Below, piece after piece: positions 37,059-39,069 of a DNA stretch of 39,069 nucleotides. Every line of letters begins with the position of its first letter. Within the stretch, counting starts at the first letter, position 1. The notes beneath the pieces are model-generated. The model saw nothing but the letters and a program-made list of their open reading frames with translations, made no database searches and was not told the origin of the DNA. The stretch is from positions 1-39,069 of IMG/VR virus record IMGVR_UViG_3300017766_002297. One strand, 5' to 3'. The position numbers and the translations under genes are program-made. The stretch comes from a virus (Duplodnaviria; Caudoviricetes).

Positions 37059-37094
37059 TGTATGTATTTTGTATGTATATTGTGTGTATATTTG
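37059..37094 (+). promoter_or_regulatory. Promoter overlapped by three phased TGTRTGTAT repeats
   Basis: Repeats at 37059, 37070 and 37081; -7 box TATATTTG at 37087-37094. Confidence 0.7.
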
Positions 37095-37126
37095 CATATG
37101 TTTAATTATTAAAAAATAGAAAAATT

Positions 37127-37360
37127 ATGAAAAACAATATTTTAAATGAAATAAAAGAGCAACTAGGTATAGAATTACAACTGTGCGATTATTTTAAAGG
37201 GTTGAAAGAATTAAACGGAAAAAAATATTTCAACGTTTTATTAAAAGATAGAATAAGCGAGTCACTAGAATATGCGAAATTAAAACAATATTCTAAAAAA
37301 CACAATACAATTAAATTAGAGGCTAACGGATTAAATAGATTAGCAATTTTTATAAACTAA
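37127..37360 (+). CDS. Hypothetical protein
   Basis: 77 aa with consensus leader. Confidence 0.75.
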   Translation: MKNNILNEIKEQLGIELQLCDYFKGLKELNGKKYFNVLLKDRISESLEYAKLKQYSKKHNTIKLEANGLNRLAIFIN

Positions 37361-37395
37361 CTTAATCAGGGATGCGACTGTAACGCATAATTTTT

Positions 37396-37542
37396 ATGCA
37401 AAACCTAAAAATCAAAAAGCAAACATTATGGACGGCTGAGCAATTAGAATCAGCCGTTGAATTAGCAAACAAACATTACGAGGGTAATTTTTGTCGAATG
37501 GTAAGAGAAGCAGTAAAACATTTAAAAAATCAGAAATTATGA
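37396..37542 (+). CDS. Ribbon-helix-helix-like protein (48 aa, not in ORF track)
   Basis: MQNLKIKKQTLWTAEQLESAVELANKHYEGNFCRMVREAVKHL; strand-helix-G-helix pattern; ATGA overlap with the next gene. Confidence 0.7.
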   Translation: MQNLKIKKQTLWTAEQLESAVELANKHYEGNFCRMVREAVKHLKNQKL

Positions 37543-37835
37543 GCGAGTTTAAAGGAACTAAAGGAGAGTGGAGAAATAACGATTTGTCAATTCTTAGCGA
37601 CGCAAATAAAATGATCGCGGGTTGTTATTTAATGAATTTTGACCATGACGTAAGAGGTAGTAGAATACCTGATTTAGAAGGGGTTGCCAACGCCAAACTA
37701 ATTTCATGTGCACCCGAATACCATACCGAATTAGTAGATTTAGTTTGGTTAATTGAAAGCGGTGCAACTATTGAAGAACTGCAAGAGCGCATAGTACAAA
37801 GTAAACAACTAATCAAAAAAGCAACAGAATTATGA
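37539..37835 (+). CDS. Hypothetical protein (FKGTKGEW...ANAKLISCAPE family)
   Basis: Common phage motif; true start is probably ATG 37539. Confidence 0.8.
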   Translation: MSEFKGTKGEWRNNDLSILSDANKMIAGCYLMNFDHDVRGSRIPDLEGVANAKLISCAPEYHTELVDLVWLIESGATIEELQERIVQSKQLIKKATEL

Positions 37836-38197
37836 CACAATCAGACGACAGATTATGGCAATCAACTAGCCCAACACAACAACAAGACCAACCAAACAAC
37901 TACGTTTATCGTTTACGGTTTGACGGGGATGTATGGTATACAGATTTAGCAACCTATGAAGATGCAGTTATTGTCCTTAAAAAAATAATTAAAGCTAACG
38001 AGGGTTTCGACATTTGCAAAATCGAACAATACGAAATAGACCTATTCACAACCGACGTATTTTACACTTTGGATAAAAACGAGTACATTACGAAAGTTGG
38101 TAGATACCTACAACTCGAAGCATCACAATTCACGTTAACAAGCGATGAAGTAGTAGAGAAAAATCAATTACGAACTTATTTAAATTTTAATTTATGA
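37832..38197 (+). CDS. Hypothetical protein
   Basis: ATGA-coupled 121-aa ORF. Confidence 0.75.
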   Translation: MTQSDDRLWQSTSPTQQQDQPNNYVYRLRFDGDVWYTDLATYEDAVIVLKKIIKANEGFDICKIEQYEIDLFTTDVFYTLDKNEYITKVGRYLQLEASQFTLTSDEVVEKNQLRTYLNFNL

Positions 38198-38466
38198 GCA
38201 ATTTTAGAGTAGGAGAAAAAGTGGTTTGTGTAAACCCAATTAAAGAACTTATTAAAGATAAAGAATATACTATATCCAAAATTTACGAGGGTTTCGTCGA
38301 AACGGGAGTACACGTATTAGAAATTGAACCTAGACAAACAAACATGGGTGGTTACTACTATTATAATATTAATCGTTTTAGAAAGAAACAAGACATTTCA
38401 GAAACCACATACGACGAGGTTATGCAATGGATTGAAAGCGGTAAACCAATAGAAATATTAAACTAA
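38194..38466 (+). CDS. Hypothetical SH3-like small protein
   Basis: FRVGEKVVCV...YTI...RFRK pattern. Confidence 0.75.
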   Translation: MSNFRVGEKVVCVNPIKELIKDKEYTISKIYEGFVETGVHVLEIEPRQTNMGGYYYYNINRFRKKQDISETTYDEVMQWIESGKPIEILN

Positions 38467-38477
38467 ATTAATTAATT

Positions 38478-38777
38478 ATGAAAAACGAACACATTTTACC
38501 AAACACAGAAGTGCCGATTGAACTACGTAAAGAAGTTTATAAAGAGGCATTGGAATACTATTCTGTAAACGAGGCTTTTCAATGTAGCGGTTTGTGTCTT
38601 GTTTTACCTATTCTTTTATATGGTGCTACTATTGGAAAAAGTTGTTATAATTAGACAAAAGTTGAATTTACAAGAACTCATAAAATGTTTCCCGAATTGG
38701 AAGAATTTTTAGACAGGCCATACAATCAAAGAGACGCCAACCAAGAACGAATCGAATTTTTAAAATCAGTAATATGA
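38478..38777 (+). pseudogene. 99-codon gene interrupted by an in-frame TAG
   Basis: Frame stays open after TAG 38652-38654 to TGA 38777, which overlaps the next ATG. Confidence 0.6.
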
Positions 38778-38953
38778 GCGAATTATACACCATCGACAAA
38801 ACTCCACAAACAGAGTTAGAAAAATTCCAAGCGTTACGAATTGAAGCGTTGGAACGTGAACTTGAAAAAACACGAATGTTTCTTTTAGAGATAAAAGTAG
38901 CAATGGAAAACTATACTAATAGCATTGAAGTAGATGCTGAAATATTAACTTAA
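38774..38953 (+). CDS. Small coiled-coil protein (59 aa, not in ORF track)
   Basis: MSELYTIDKTPQTELEKFQALRIEALERELEK...; ends just before the leader of gene 1. Confidence 0.75.
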   Translation: MSELYTIDKTPQTELEKFQALRIEALERELEKTRMFLLEIKVAMENYTNSIEVDAEILT

Positions 38954-39069
38954 AACAATAATTATGAAAACACCAACAATTGAAGAAGTAATCGAGCATT
39001 TTAAAGATGCTGAAATAGTATCAGGTTTGATTAATAATTTCGATATATCTAAATGTTTACATACGTTAG
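38947..39069. repeat. Terminal direct repeat, copy 2
   Basis: Identical to 1-123. Confidence 0.97.

Noticed and set aside
4637-37840. Minus-strand ORFs in the track other than 31237-31602 (e.g. 4637, 14802, 20789, 21965, 23020, 25880, 35305)
   Set aside because: They lie antisense to well-supported genes, lack leaders and have shadow-ORF composition.
38652-38654. Genome-wide TAG reassignment
   Set aside because: Core genes are uninterrupted in code 11, TAG ends several genes, and no suppressor tRNA was seen.

Overview
This window is an apparently complete ~38,946-bp AT-rich tailed-phage genome. Bases 1-123 recur exactly at 38947-39069, indicating a circular or permuted assembly. It is siphovirus-like: HK97-type head, long tape measure, no sheath. 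The host is almost certainly Bacteroidota (probably Flavobacteriaceae), from many TAnnTTTG (-7) promoters, A-rich SD-less leaders and a DUF3127 SSB. Gene order: early and recombination genes (PAPS-reductase-like protein, YqaJ exonuclease, SSB), replication (SF2 helicase, VRR-NUC, AAA_25 helicase plus an iteron origin), packaging and head, tail with an inserted GIY-YIG endonuclease, fibres and an SGNH hydrolase, then a lysis module (holin-like genes, M15 endolysin, u-spanin-like lipoprotein) broken up by accessory cassettes. I recognise no integrase, CI repressor, DNA polymerase or primase. The most interesting signal is a non-coding regulatory layer: two unrelated leaders with the same hairpin-loop/terminator-loop complementarity, a promoter-terminator-bounded sRNA complementary to the phage's own conserved start-codon leaders, a second antisense mini-transcript, repeated Fur-box-like palindromes and twin GCCG..CAC hairpins before the capsid gene. 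There is also an unannotated Pro-rich peptide coupled to a 4-TM protein at the head of the lysis genes. All product calls come from motif recognition and synteny, not database searches.
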